Source: a bacterium
GTDB lineage: Bacteria; SAR324; NAC60-12
Assembly (NCBI GenBank): GCA_965233585.1
Contig: CBDDTI010000746.1
Location: forward strand, 672,001-736,000
Direction: 5' to 3'
Length of the DNA: 64,000 nucleotides
Shown here: in pieces, positions 10,072-19,360 of the stretch
How positions within the stretch are numbered: position 1 is the stretch's first letter
Layout of the letters: each line of letters opens with the position of its first letter
The notes under the pieces: generated by a model
The model's input: only the letters and a program-made list of their open reading frames with translations
The model's database searches: none
Told to the model about the DNA's origin: nothing
Made by a program: the position numbers and the translations under genes

Positions 10072-11127
10072 GTGTCTAAAATGATGCTGGGAGTTTACCT
10101 TCCCGGTGATTCAACTGCTGTCTTAAAAGAAGTTCCAATTCCCAAACCAGGTATTGGGGAGGTGTTGTTAAAAGTCAAAGCCAGTGGAATTTGTGGGTCT
10201 GATATACATTTCATTTACCACGAACACAAAGGACGCAAAGGTAAGGGAACTGCCTACTGGAATGTGATTGCTGGGCATGAACCCTGTGGTGAAATTGTTG
10301 AGCTGGGACAAGGCTGTCGTTTTTTTAAAGAAGGAGACAGGGTTGTTGTTTATCATGTCTCAGGCTGCGGATTTTGTCGTAACTGCAGAAGAGGCTTTCA
10401 AGTGTCTTGTTCAGAACCAACTAGAAAAGGATATGGTTGGCGGAGAGATGGAGGGCATGCTAATTATCTCCTTGCTGATGAGAAGGATTTAGTCAAACTT
10501 CCCAAAGAACTTTCATGGAAAGATGGTAGCTTTGTCGCATGTGGTGTTGGAACAGCCTATGAGGCAACGTTGCGAGCAAATATTTCTGGGGTGGATTGTG
10601 TCTTGGTTGTAGGTTTGGGACCTCTTGGTTCTGCTGTGTCTCTGCTTTCCAAAGGAAGAGGGGCAAAACTAGTCATAGGAGTAGATACTCAACCCCAACG
10701 AGTAGAATCTGCCAAAAATCAAGGTTTGGTTGATTTGGGGCTAGTTGTAGGAGATGAAACTTTGGAACAAATTGATGAAGTGACGAAAGGAGGTGCTTCT
10801 TGCACCATAGATTGTTCAGGCAATCCACATGGTCGTTTACTGGCTTTGCAAGCATGCCGTGAATGGGGACGCACTGTTTATGTTGGGGAAACAGGTCATG
10901 TGCAATTTGACGTCTCTGATGAACTTTTGCACAAACACCGAACAATCATTGGCTCTTGGGTCACCAGTTTAGCCAATATGGAAGATTGTTGTGACAACCT
11001 TGTCGCTTGGAATCTTCACCCAGAAGCTATTGTACAGGACGTCTTTCCTTTAGAAAAAGCCCCAGAAGCCTACCAAATGATGGCAGAAGGCAGCTGCGGA
11101 AAGATTGTAATTGACCCAGAACTCTAA
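10072..11127 (+). CDS. yphC: Zn-dependent (MDR family) dehydrogenase, YphC-like
   Basis: GICGSD, GHEPCG and structural-Zn CGFCRNC..C motifs. YLPGDST, GETG and IGSWVTSL match the recalled E. coli YphC. Confidence 0.8.
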   Translation: MSKMMLGVYLPGDSTAVLKEVPIPKPGIGEVLLKVKASGICGSDIHFIYHEHKGRKGKGTAYWNVIAGHEPCGEIVELGQGCRFFKEGDRVVVYHVSGCGFCRNCRRGFQVSCSEPTRKGYGWRRDGGHANYLLADEKDLVKLPKELSWKDGSFVACGVGTAYEATLRANISGVDCVLVVGLGPLGSAVSLLSKGRGAKLVIGVDTQPQRVESAKNQGLVDLGLVVGDETLEQIDEVTKGGASCTIDCSGNPHGRLLALQACREWGRTVYVGETGHVQFDVSDELLHKHRTIIGSWVTSLANMEDCCDNLVAWNLHPEAIVQDVFPLEKAPEAYQMMAEGSCGKIVIDPEL

Positions 11128-11157
11128 TCAATCAAAGTCAAACCAAGCTCCTCCTAA

Positions 11158-11175
11158 TCTAGCATTCTTGCTAGA
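11158..11175. terminator. Short hairpin between convergent genes (possible bidirectional terminator)
   Basis: TCTAGCA-TTCT-TGCTAGA between the stops at 11127 and 11179. Confidence 0.35.
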
Positions 11176-11178
11176 AAT

Positions 11179-12222
11179 TCAAAGTTTATCTTTTTTCGTG
11201 ATGGATTCACGGCAGAACCTTTTAACATTTTCCCAAAGCTTTGCCATGCCCAGTGGCTCGTAGATCATAAAAACGATAATCAAAACGCCAAAAACTATCT
11301 GCTCAACAGAAGAAATGATGGTCGCATCAATTCCACCGTGAAACACGTTATTGCCAATGCTATTAAGCAAGATGGGGAAAAGTAGAATAAATGCCGCTCC
11401 GATGAAAGCACCGTTTATGGTTCCCAGTCCACCAAGAATTGCCATGAAAAGCACTTTGAACGAAAGTTTGATGTCAAAAGCCACCGGCTCTAAAGACTTC
11501 AGGTAAGTAAACGCAAACAACGCGCCAGCTACTCCACAATAAAAGGCACTAATTGCAAATGCCTGAAGTTTCGTTTTCAGTAGGGATATTCCCATGGATT
11601 CTGCAGCAATGTCCATATCACGGACAGCCATCCACTTTCTGCCAGTGCTTCCCCTTGCCATATTCACTGCCAAGAGAGTCAGGACTGTCACAACGACCAC
11701 AATCACCAGAAACATTTCTACTGGTGTAGTAAATGATTTTCCCAAAATCACAATATCTTGTGCGGTGATGATCCCTGATGAATCGTAGTTTTTGAACCAA
11801 CCAAATTTATCAATCATCCAGATGATAAAAAATTGGGACGCCAAGGTGGCTACCATCAAGTAAATTCCCCTCACCCTCAGGCTTGGTAATCCAAACAGAA
11901 TCCCAAAAAAAGCGGCAATCAACCCCGACAAAATCAGTGCGCCAAAAAAAGGTAAGTGAGGAACACGAAGAATCAGGTTGAAACAAGCAAAGGCGCCAGC
12001 AGCCATGAAACCAGCAGCACCCAATGCAAGTTGCCCTGTGTAGCCCATCACAATTTGTTGTCCGATTGTGGCAAGAGCTAAACACAACCAAGGTATCAAA
12101 ATGGAAGTGTACCAATAATCACTTGTGACCAAAAATGGAATCGCAAGAAACGCTAAAACCATCAAAGCACAAAAGTTTCTAATATCTCTCTTTGAATATG
12201 TCCAAAAAATATATTTTTCCAT
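11179..12222 (-). CDS. livM: Branched-chain amino acid-type ABC transporter permease (LivM-like)
   Basis: GYTGQLALG, LRVRGIYL, GRKWMAVRD..IAAESMGI, ILGGLG. Confidence 0.88.
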   Translation of the reverse strand: MEKYIFWTYSKRDIRNFCALMVLAFLAIPFLVTSDYWYTSILIPWLCLALATIGQQIVMGYTGQLALGAAGFMAAGAFACFNLILRVPHLPFFGALILSGLIAAFFGILFGLPSLRVRGIYLMVATLASQFFIIWMIDKFGWFKNYDSSGIITAQDIVILGKSFTTPVEMFLVIVVVVTVLTLLAVNMARGSTGRKWMAVRDMDIAAESMGISLLKTKLQAFAISAFYCGVAGALFAFTYLKSLEPVAFDIKLSFKVLFMAILGGLGTINGAFIGAAFILLFPILLNSIGNNVFHGGIDATIISSVEQIVFGVLIIVFMIYEPLGMAKLWENVKRFCRESITKKDKL

Positions 12223-12243
12223 AGTATATTGTCTGTTTTGAAC

Positions 12244-13146
12244 TCACACTCTCTTAATGATCTTCTCACCAAATAACCCCTCAGGTCTGTACAATAAGAA
12301 GAAAATTGCTAATACGTAGGGTGCCCAGCCTTCAATCGCACCACCAAAATAAGGACCAATGTACACCTCTAGCACTTTTTCTGTTGCTCCAATGAGTAGT
12401 CCGCCAACAATCGCACCGGGTATTGAGGAAAACCCTCCTATGATTAAAACTGGCAAAGCCTTCAATGCCAGATCAACAAGTGCAAATTGAACTCCAGCCC
12501 TTGCGCCCCACATGCACCCAGCGACTAGTGCCACAACACCTGCTGAAGACCAAACTAGCAACATGATGTTTTTTAAAGGAATACCCACAGAACTTGCAGC
12601 GCCAGGGTCATCAGCAACAGCTCTCAGACCCAGACCCATTTTTGTGTACTTGAACAACAAAGCGAGTCCAATGATCATAGCAAAAGCAACCACCCCAGCA
12701 GTTAGGTCAAGTGCGCTGATAAATAACGATAAATTGTCAGCGATCCAAGGTATGGGAAAGTCACCAATGCCTAAATCCAATCTTCTAACTTCAACACCCC
12801 AAGCCGCTTGAGCTAGCCCTTCAAGCACAAATCCAAGACCAATCGTTGCCATTAACAAAGTGTCTTCACTTTGGTTAATCAGTGGTTCTAAAACCAATCT
12901 TTCAGTAAAGAAACCGACAAGAATCATCAGCACAATGGTCACGATGAATGCCAGAACAAAGGGGATCCCGAGTTCCATGAATCCGACAAAGGCAAGCACA
13001 GCAAAAAAGACCATGGCACCTTGTGCAAAGTTGAACGTTGATGAGGCTTTGTAGATCAATACAAAGCCCAGAGCAACTAATGAATACATCGTTCCAGCTA
13101 GCAACCCACCGACCACAACTTCAATAAAAAATAAGACTTCAGTCAT
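12244..13146 (-). CDS. livH: Branched-chain amino acid-type ABC transporter permease (LivH-like)
   Basis: YSLVALGFVLIYKAS..FNFAQG, GLRAVADD, RPEGLFG. ATG at 13146 has a GGAG RBS. Confidence 0.88.
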   Translation of the reverse strand: MTEVLFFIEVVVGGLLAGTMYSLVALGFVLIYKASSTFNFAQGAMVFFAVLAFVGFMELGIPFVLAFIVTIVLMILVGFFTERLVLEPLINQSEDTLLMATIGLGFVLEGLAQAAWGVEVRRLDLGIGDFPIPWIADNLSLFISALDLTAGVVAFAMIIGLALLFKYTKMGLGLRAVADDPGAASSVGIPLKNIMLLVWSSAGVVALVAGCMWGARAGVQFALVDLALKALPVLIIGGFSSIPGAIVGGLLIGATEKVLEVYIGPYFGGAIEGWAPYVLAIFFLLYRPEGLFGEKIIKRV

Positions 13147-13945
13147 GTGCAACTCCTAAGTATGCGTCTATGACGTCTTGGTTAGATCGGACTTCATCTG
13201 GTGGACCATCTGCAATCACTTTTCCATAGTCAAGCACGACTACGTTATCTGAAATATCCATCACGATTCCCATGTCGTGTTCAATTAACACTATGGCGGT
13301 GCCTAGTTCTTCGTTGACTTTGAGGATAAACCGACGCAGTTCCCTCTTTTCCTCAGTACTCATGCCTGCCATAGGCTCATCTAGTAAGAGTACCTCAGCT
13401 TCTGTTGCCAGCGCACGACCTAGCTCAACTTTCTTTTGCAGACCGTAGGGAAGTTTTCCAACTGGTGTATTCTGAATCCCTTCAATTTCCAGAAATTTGA
13501 CGATTTCTTCACATTTTGCCCGATTGACTTTCTCCTCATTCCTTGCCTTTGGCGTTTGGAAGGCAACCTGTAAAAAGTTAGCTTGAGTATGAAGTTTTCT
13601 ACCAACCAGAATATTATCCAGCACGGACATTCTTTTGAACAAAGCAAGATTTTGAAAAGTTCTTGAAATGCCTTTTTGTGCAATGAAATTCGGTTTGATT
13701 TTTTCCAAAACTTCGCCCTTGAACACTATCTTCCCCTCCTGAGGTCTATAAATTCCATTGATGCAATTCAGCATAGAACTTTTGCCAGCACCATTGGGAC
13801 CAATGATTGCTCTTACTTCATGTTCCAACAGACTGAAGGAAGTGTCAGTGATGGCTTTGACTCCACCAAAGCTTAGCGATATGTTTTTGACTTCTAGGAT
13901 TGGCTTGCCAATTAAAAATTTTCTTTCTCTTGTCATATCTGTCAA
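13139..13945 (-). CDS. livG: ABC ATP-binding protein (LivG-like)
   Basis: GPNGAGKS, RTFQN, LPYG, LLLDEP, IEHDM. Confidence 0.9.
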   Translation of the reverse strand: MTDMTRERKFLIGKPILEVKNISLSFGGVKAITDTSFSLLEHEVRAIIGPNGAGKSSMLNCINGIYRPQEGKIVFKGEVLEKIKPNFIAQKGISRTFQNLALFKRMSVLDNILVGRKLHTQANFLQVAFQTPKARNEEKVNRAKCEEIVKFLEIEGIQNTPVGKLPYGLQKKVELGRALATEAEVLLLDEPMAGMSTEEKRELRRFILKVNEELGTAIVLIEHDMGIVMDISDNVVVLDYGKVIADGPPDEVRSNQDVIDAYLGVAHD

Positions 13946-14739
13946 TCTCTGAGACCTTCCTCCTCTTTTGAAATGCCCAAGTACAATTCTTTGACCTTTT
14001 CATCGTTTGACAGACTTTTAGCAGTGCCATCTAACATCACTCTGCCTGTTTCAATAACGTAGCCATAGTCAGCATTTTTAAGAGCAATGTTTGTGTTCTG
14101 CTCTGCCAACAAAATTGAGACATTTTCTTTTTCATTGAGTTCTTTCACAATTCTAAAAATTTCAGCAACGAGTTGCGGTGCTAATCCCATTGACGGCTCA
14201 TCTAACAGCAGCATCCTTGGTTTTGCCATCATTGCCCTAGCGACTGCAATCATTTGCTGCTCACCACCAGAGGTATAACCTGCCTGCTTTTTTCTGCATA
14301 CTTTCAGCCGCTTGAAATAGTCATACATCTTTTCTAATTCCTGCTTAATTTCCTTCTTAGACAGCTTTCTTGAATAAGCCCCAGCAATGATGTTTTCCTC
14401 CACTGTTAAGTGTCCAAAACAACGTCTTCCTTCAAGAACTTGGACGACGCCTAAGCCGACCATCTTTGCTGGATTTAATCTTTCATCAACTTTTGTTCCG
14501 TCATACTCAATCGTACCCTTAGTCACCTTGCCTCTTTCGGTCATCAACATCGTTGAAATGGCTTTCAGTGTTGTACTTTTGCCAGCACCGTTGCCCCCCA
14601 AGAGGGCAACGATTTTTCCCTTTGGCACGTTGATAGAAACATCATGCAAAGCGACGATGACATTGTCATACGTCACCTCTATGTTTCTGACCTCAAGTAT
14701 GTTTTGTTGTTGAGAAGTCATTGAAGAAATGAAAGTCAA
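13942..14739 (-). CDS. livF: ABC ATP-binding protein (LivF-like)
   Basis: GGNGAGKS, SGGEQQM, LLLDEPSMGLAP, AEQN. Confidence 0.9.
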   Translation of the reverse strand: MTFISSMTSQQQNILEVRNIEVTYDNVIVALHDVSINVPKGKIVALLGGNGAGKSTTLKAISTMLMTERGKVTKGTIEYDGTKVDERLNPAKMVGLGVVQVLEGRRCFGHLTVEENIIAGAYSRKLSKKEIKQELEKMYDYFKRLKVCRKKQAGYTSGGEQQMIAVARAMMAKPRMLLLDEPSMGLAPQLVAEIFRIVKELNEKENVSILLAEQNTNIALKNADYGYVIETGRVMLDGTAKSLSNDEKVKELYLGISKEEEGLRD

Positions 14740-15935
14740 GATTTTGTGTATTGCTCTGCTTCTTCTGACCCTTTAGTTGCATCGCCCTTGCTGTAAGAAT
14801 GTTTTCCCATTCCTGCAAGAGACCCATCTTTCACGATAAAGTATTCATCGCGAATGGGTTGGTTGTTGAAAAATCCCTCTAGGATTTCTCTTGTCCCAGC
14901 AGCATACCTTGTTTGTGCGGAAAGTGTTGTTCCTGATGTATGGGGGGTCATGCCATGGTGGGGCATGGTTCTCCAGATGTGGTCATTAGGAGCAGGTTGT
15001 GGAAACCAAACATCTCCAGCGTAGCCACTCAGTTGTCCCGATTTTAAGGCTTGTGCAACAGCTTCTTTGTTACAAATTTTGCCTCTGGCAGTATTGATTA
15101 AATAAGCACCTTTTTTCATTTGACTGATTAGGTCTGCATTAAATAAATTTTCAGTTTCAGGGTGTAAAGGGCAATTAATCGTCACAACATCACACACAGA
15201 AACCATAGATTTAACCGAGTCGTGAAAGACCAACCCTAGTTCTTGTTCAATAGACTCTGGCAGTCTGTGCCTGTCAAAATAATGCAAATGGACATCGAAA
15301 GGCTTCATTTTTCTCAATACGGATAGTCCAATACGACCTGCCGCCACTGTTCCTATGTGCATTCCTTCCACATCATAAGAACGTTTCACTGCATCAGCAA
15401 TATTCCAACCTCCAGACTTGGCAATCGCATACTGATTATGATAGTCACGGACTAAGGACAGAATCATCATCACCACATGTTCAGAGACAGAAATAGAGTT
15501 GCAATAAGTTACTTCTACAACGTCTACTTTGTGTTCCATGGCAGCTTGTAAATCCACATGGTCTGACCCAATACCTGCTGTAATTGCCAGCTTCAATTTG
15601 GGAGCTTTTTCCATTCTTTCTCTCGTCAGATAGAAGGGCCAAAAAGGCTGAGAAATGACCACATCAGCATCAACTAACTCTTTGTCTGCTTCTGAATCAG
15701 TTCCATCTTTATCCGAAGTCACTACAAGAGTATGTCCCTGCGATTCTAAAAACTTTCGCAATCCCAGTTCCCCAGAAACACAACCTAAAAGTTCCCCTGA
15801 CTTAAAATCTACATCACTTGGATTAGGCAGTGTCATTCCATCTGGATACTTCTCCAGCTTTGGCAATTCATCTAAAGGATAAGAGCTTGGCATTCCACCT
15901 TGAGGGTCATCGTACAAGACGCATAGTATTTTCAT
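14736..15935 (-). CDS. fdh: NAD-dependent (metal-independent) formate dehydrogenase
   Basis: KILCVLYDDP..G.P, LLGCVSGELGLRKFLE, ISQPFWP, TAGIGSDHVDL, YCNS, AAGRIG, FDRHRL (NAD-type Asp), NTARG, GDVWFPQP, TPHTSG. Confidence 0.96.
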   Translation of the reverse strand: MKILCVLYDDPQGGMPSSYPLDELPKLEKYPDGMTLPNPSDVDFKSGELLGCVSGELGLRKFLESQGHTLVVTSDKDGTDSEADKELVDADVVISQPFWPFYLTRERMEKAPKLKLAITAGIGSDHVDLQAAMEHKVDVVEVTYCNSISVSEHVVMMILSLVRDYHNQYAIAKSGGWNIADAVKRSYDVEGMHIGTVAAGRIGLSVLRKMKPFDVHLHYFDRHRLPESIEQELGLVFHDSVKSMVSVCDVVTINCPLHPETENLFNADLISQMKKGAYLINTARGKICNKEAVAQALKSGQLSGYAGDVWFPQPAPNDHIWRTMPHHGMTPHTSGTTLSAQTRYAAGTREILEGFFNNQPIRDEYFIVKDGSLAGMGKHSYSKGDATKGSEEAEQYTKS

Positions 15936-15964
15936 TTGATTTTTCTCCTAGACATTTGATAATT

Positions 15965-16003
15965 AAAAAAAGACGGCAACGCCTCCCAATTTATGGGAAG
16001 CGT
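15965..16003 (-). terminator. Intercistronic stem-loop with downstream T-tract between the SBP gene and fdh (partial terminator or mRNA stabiliser)
   Basis: Minus strand ACGCTTCCCA-TAAAT-TGGGAGGCGT, then TGCCGTC and T7. Confidence 0.5.
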
Positions 16004-16045
16004 CAATGTGACCACATTGTGCTGGTCAACTTGTTTGTTAAAACT

Positions 16046-17383
16046 TTATCCACACTTCTTCGGTGTGATGTTGTTCTCTCTGGCAAATTTTGCGGCTGAT
16101 TGCTCAACCAAACCTCTGATGTAAGCAGGGTCAAGAGGGGCTTCCCAACCTGTAATCTGCTTGAACTGCTTCCCGTCCCATTGCATGACGGCAAACTTAC
16201 CAGCTCCCTCATGGTTTTCACACGAGATTGCAAAAGGGGCAACCATTCCTTTAATGCCAATTTCTGCAAGACGACTTTCCGTCATGTTGAGTGCTTCATA
16301 ACCGTCTCTAAATTCTGCACCTGTGACTGCTTTACCTTCTTTGTTATGTATCCTTTGTGCGTTTTTCAGGGCTTCTATCCACATCACAGCGGCACCTAAT
16401 CCACGGTTCCAGTAAACTGAACCAAGACGACTCTCATCTGCTAGATTCCCTTTGCCTGCACCATACACTTGGTCTTTAATTTTTTTCACCAAAGGAAAGT
16501 TGTCTCCGGGCAAAGCATTGGCAACGGCATAAGTCCCAACTGCAGATTTGCCAGCAGGATACATATCTTCTTCTGCTGCACCAAAAGTGACGTAAATCAT
16601 GCGATCTCTTGGGAAACCAACACGAGCGGCATTGGTCATTGCAGTAGAGTTCATACCTGAACCTGCTCCCCAGAACGTAACCCAATCAGGTCGTTCTCTT
16701 CTGATTTGCAACCATTGAGATTGCTGTTCTAGTCCAGGTGGAGGAATAGAAATTTCAACCAATTTGACGCCCCAATCAGAAGTGATTTTTCTCATGGCTG
16801 GCAAAGGTTCGCGACCGTAGGCAGAATCAATGTGAAGGTGGACAATTTTTTTGCCTTTCATCTTATCCACTCCTCCTTCAATTTCAGCCATGAACTTTAA
16901 CTTGACTGCAATTTGAGACCAGTAATGACTAGCGGCATTAAAAACCCAAGGCCAGACCCTGCCGTCAGCGCCATCTGTCCTACCATATCCGTATTGTGCC
17001 AAAACGACATTGTCCTCTGCCATACGATTGATGACAGCATAAGCCCCCGGTGTGCCAAGAGTGTCAAAGACCACAATTCTTTGTCCATCTTTTTCAAGCA
17101 AACGTTGATAGCATTCAACTGTCTTGACAGCGTTGTACTCAGTTTCACATTCCTGCCATGTGAGCATCACACCATTGACTCCACCATTCATGTTGATGTA
17201 GTTCATGTAGTCTATTTGGGCACCATAATACCCAGTCCCCATCGCTGAATAAGGACCAACCCGACTACTGGCTATTGGGAAGTATTGCACCTCTTCACCA
17301 AAGGTGACGGGTGTTAATACGAAAGCAGGACACCCTACCATCGCAAGCATTGAAAACAGGTAACGAAAAGATCTTTTAATCAT
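16046..17383 (-). CDS. ABC transporter substrate-binding protein (type I PBP, Liv-like family)
   Basis: Signal peptide; NGGVNGV, ECETEYN, GYGRTDGADGRVWPWVF, SAYGREP, QWLQIRR. Confidence 0.9.
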   Translation of the reverse strand: MIKRSFRYLFSMLAMVGCPAFVLTPVTFGEEVQYFPIASSRVGPYSAMGTGYYGAQIDYMNYINMNGGVNGVMLTWQECETEYNAVKTVECYQRLLEKDGQRIVVFDTLGTPGAYAVINRMAEDNVVLAQYGYGRTDGADGRVWPWVFNAASHYWSQIAVKLKFMAEIEGGVDKMKGKKIVHLHIDSAYGREPLPAMRKITSDWGVKLVEISIPPPGLEQQSQWLQIRRERPDWVTFWGAGSGMNSTAMTNAARVGFPRDRMIYVTFGAAEEDMYPAGKSAVGTYAVANALPGDNFPLVKKIKDQVYGAGKGNLADESRLGSVYWNRGLGAAVMWIEALKNAQRIHNKEGKAVTGAEFRDGYEALNMTESRLAEIGIKGMVAPFAISCENHEGAGKFAVMQWDGKQFKQITGWEAPLDPAYIRGLVEQSAAKFARENNITPKKCG

Positions 17384-17477
17384 GGTCTAACTCCTTAAAG
17401 TATGTTTGAAAGACGACGCAATCCACTGGTTTTTTCATATTTATTTGCTCCTATAAATGATGATTTTGATGTGGCAA

Positions 17478-17935
17478 CCACTGCCATTCTGTTTTTTCAT
17501 ATTCACTCTCTCCCCAGTCAAGAATCAAGTCCATGAAAAAAACTGGGTGCAGTCTGACACTCATCTTGAAACCTGTCAAGGTTTTTTTAAGCCCAAGAAC
17601 AAATCAAGTTTTTTTAAGTTCAAGAACAGAAGTGCCAAGAGACCACTGCCTCCATTTTGTTTTTCCACACGCACCCCCTCCCTAGTCAAGAATCAAGTCT
17701 ATGAAAAAAACTGGGCGTAGTCTGACACTCATCTTGAAACCTGTCAAGGTTTTTTTAAGCCCAAGAACAAATCAAGTTTTTTCAAGTTCAAGAACAGAAG
17801 TGCCAAGAGACCACTGCCTCCATTTTGTTTTTCCACACGCACTCTTTCCCTAGTCAAGAATCAAGTCCATGAAAAAAACTGGGTGCAGTCTGACACTTAT
17901 CTCAAAACCTGTCAAGTTTTTTTTAAGCCCAAGAA
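17478..17935. repeat. Tandem repeat with a 168-bp unit, ~2.7 copies, in a divergent intergenic region
   Basis: GTCAAGAATCAAGTC recurs at 17517, 17685 and 17853 (period 168). The copies differ by a few substitutions. Confidence 0.95.
17551..17915 (-). promoter_or_regulatory. Three copies of a sigma70-like promoter (TTGACA-N17-CAGACT with TG extension) facing the SBP-fdh-liv operon
   Basis: Copies at 17551-17579, 17719-17747 and 17887-17915. Minus strand reads TTGACA ggtttcaagatgagtgt CAGACT. Confidence 0.5.
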
Positions 17936-18129
17936 TAAAAGGGGGTAAGAAGTGGGTTTGATATAGATGAGAAGATTGTTGGTGTTATTGGTAAAAACAA
18001 GAGAGGCACTAGCTTTTGCAAGGAGATACCCAAAATCTCTGAACATATTTTTTTGGATTATTGACTTGACAATGATTTCTAAATGTTGAAAATATAGCGT
18101 TTTTGTCTCACTCTCAACTAAAGGTTATT

Positions 18130-19221
18130 ATGAAAAGAAGAGATTTTTTGAAAAAGGCAGGTGTGGGGTCTGCTGTGGCAGGTGTGGCTCTTTCTGCAGC
18201 TCCTGCTGTTCATGCCAAAAAAACACGTCGTTGGAAAATGGTGACGACTTGGCCTAAAAACTTTCCAGGTCTAGGCACAGGTGCAAACCACCTTGCAAAG
18301 CTCATTACGGAGCTGACGGGTGGTGAAATTAAGGTCAAAGTTTATGGAGCAGGTGAGCTTGTTCCCGCACTTGGTATCTTTGACGCTGTTTCGCAAGGGA
18401 CTGCACAAATGGGGCATGGTGCTTCTTACTATTGGAAGGGCAAGCACCCTGCGACACAGTTTTTTGCAACAGTCCCTTTCGGTCTAAATGCTGATGAAAT
18501 GATTGGCTGGATCAAGCACGGCGGTGCTCAAAAACTCTGGGACGAACTTTACGCTGATTTTAATTTGAAACCTTTTGCAGTAGGTAACACAGGCGTTCAA
18601 ATGGGAGGCTGGTTTAATAAAGAAATCAACTCTGTTTCAGATTATAAGGGTTTGAAGATGCGCATGCCTGGACTTGGTGGGGAAGTCATCAAAAGAGCTG
18701 GAGCCACTGTTGTTTTATTGCCCGGTGGTGAACTGTTTCAAGCATTACAATCGGGAACGATAGATGCGACAGAATGGGTCGGACCTTATAATGATCTGGC
18801 TTTTGGGTTTCATAAAGCTGCAAAGTATTATTATTGGCCCGGGTGGCATGAACCGGGAACTGTGCTTGAAGCATTTGTGAACCGTGAAGCATACGAAGAC
18901 CTTCCCAAAAATCTGCAAGCAATCGTTTCTGCTGCATGTGATTCTGCTTACTTAGACATGTTTGCAGACTTCACAGCACGTAACAATTCCTCTCTTGAGA
19001 CGCTCGTTAATAAACATGGCGTGCAACTCAGAGAATTTTCTGACGATATTCTTAAAACAATGGGAGAACTCAGTAGAGATGTGGTGGCAGAAGCTGGAGA
19101 ATATGACTCACTTAGTAAAAAAGTCTATGACTCTTTTGCTAAGTTTCAAGTGGATTCTGTCGCATGGAATCGCCTTGGGGATCAAGGATTTTCCATAGCT
19201 CGTGCTTTGACATACATCTGA
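18130..19221 (+). CDS. takP: TRAP substrate-binding protein, TakP-like (alpha-keto acid/monocarboxylate type), Tat-exported
   Basis: Tat signal MKRRDFLKK; WKMVTTWPKNFPGLG, GNTGVQMGGWF, EWVGPYND, PGWHEP. Confidence 0.82.
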   Translation: MKRRDFLKKAGVGSAVAGVALSAAPAVHAKKTRRWKMVTTWPKNFPGLGTGANHLAKLITELTGGEIKVKVYGAGELVPALGIFDAVSQGTAQMGHGASYYWKGKHPATQFFATVPFGLNADEMIGWIKHGGAQKLWDELYADFNLKPFAVGNTGVQMGGWFNKEINSVSDYKGLKMRMPGLGGEVIKRAGATVVLLPGGELFQALQSGTIDATEWVGPYNDLAFGFHKAAKYYYWPGWHEPGTVLEAFVNREAYEDLPKNLQAIVSAACDSAYLDMFADFTARNNSSLETLVNKHGVQLREFSDDILKTMGELSRDVVAEAGEYDSLSKKVYDSFAKFQVDSVAWNRLGDQGFSIARALTYI

Positions 19222-19239
19222 TAGCTGTGCTAAACAGAC

Positions 19240-19268
19240 ACCAGATGACTGCTTTTCAGTCATCTGGT
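19240..19268 (+). terminator. 12-bp perfect stem-loop downstream of the TRAP SBP gene
   Basis: ACCAGATGACTG-CTTTT-CAGTCATCTGGT. Confidence 0.55.
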
Positions 19269-19360
19269 CTAGTGTGCGGTGTTCACCCTTGATTGTTGTC
19301 AATCAAAAATAAGTTACCAATCAAAATAAGATGACTCACCTTTTTCAAATTCATTAATTT

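Noticed and set aside
17457..17720. 87-aa ORF in the 168-bp repeat
   Set aside because: The period is a multiple of 3, but the second copy has an in-frame TAG and the product resembles no known protein.
18061..18095. Promoter for takP at TTGACA 18066
   Set aside because: No convincing -10 element at 17-bp spacing.
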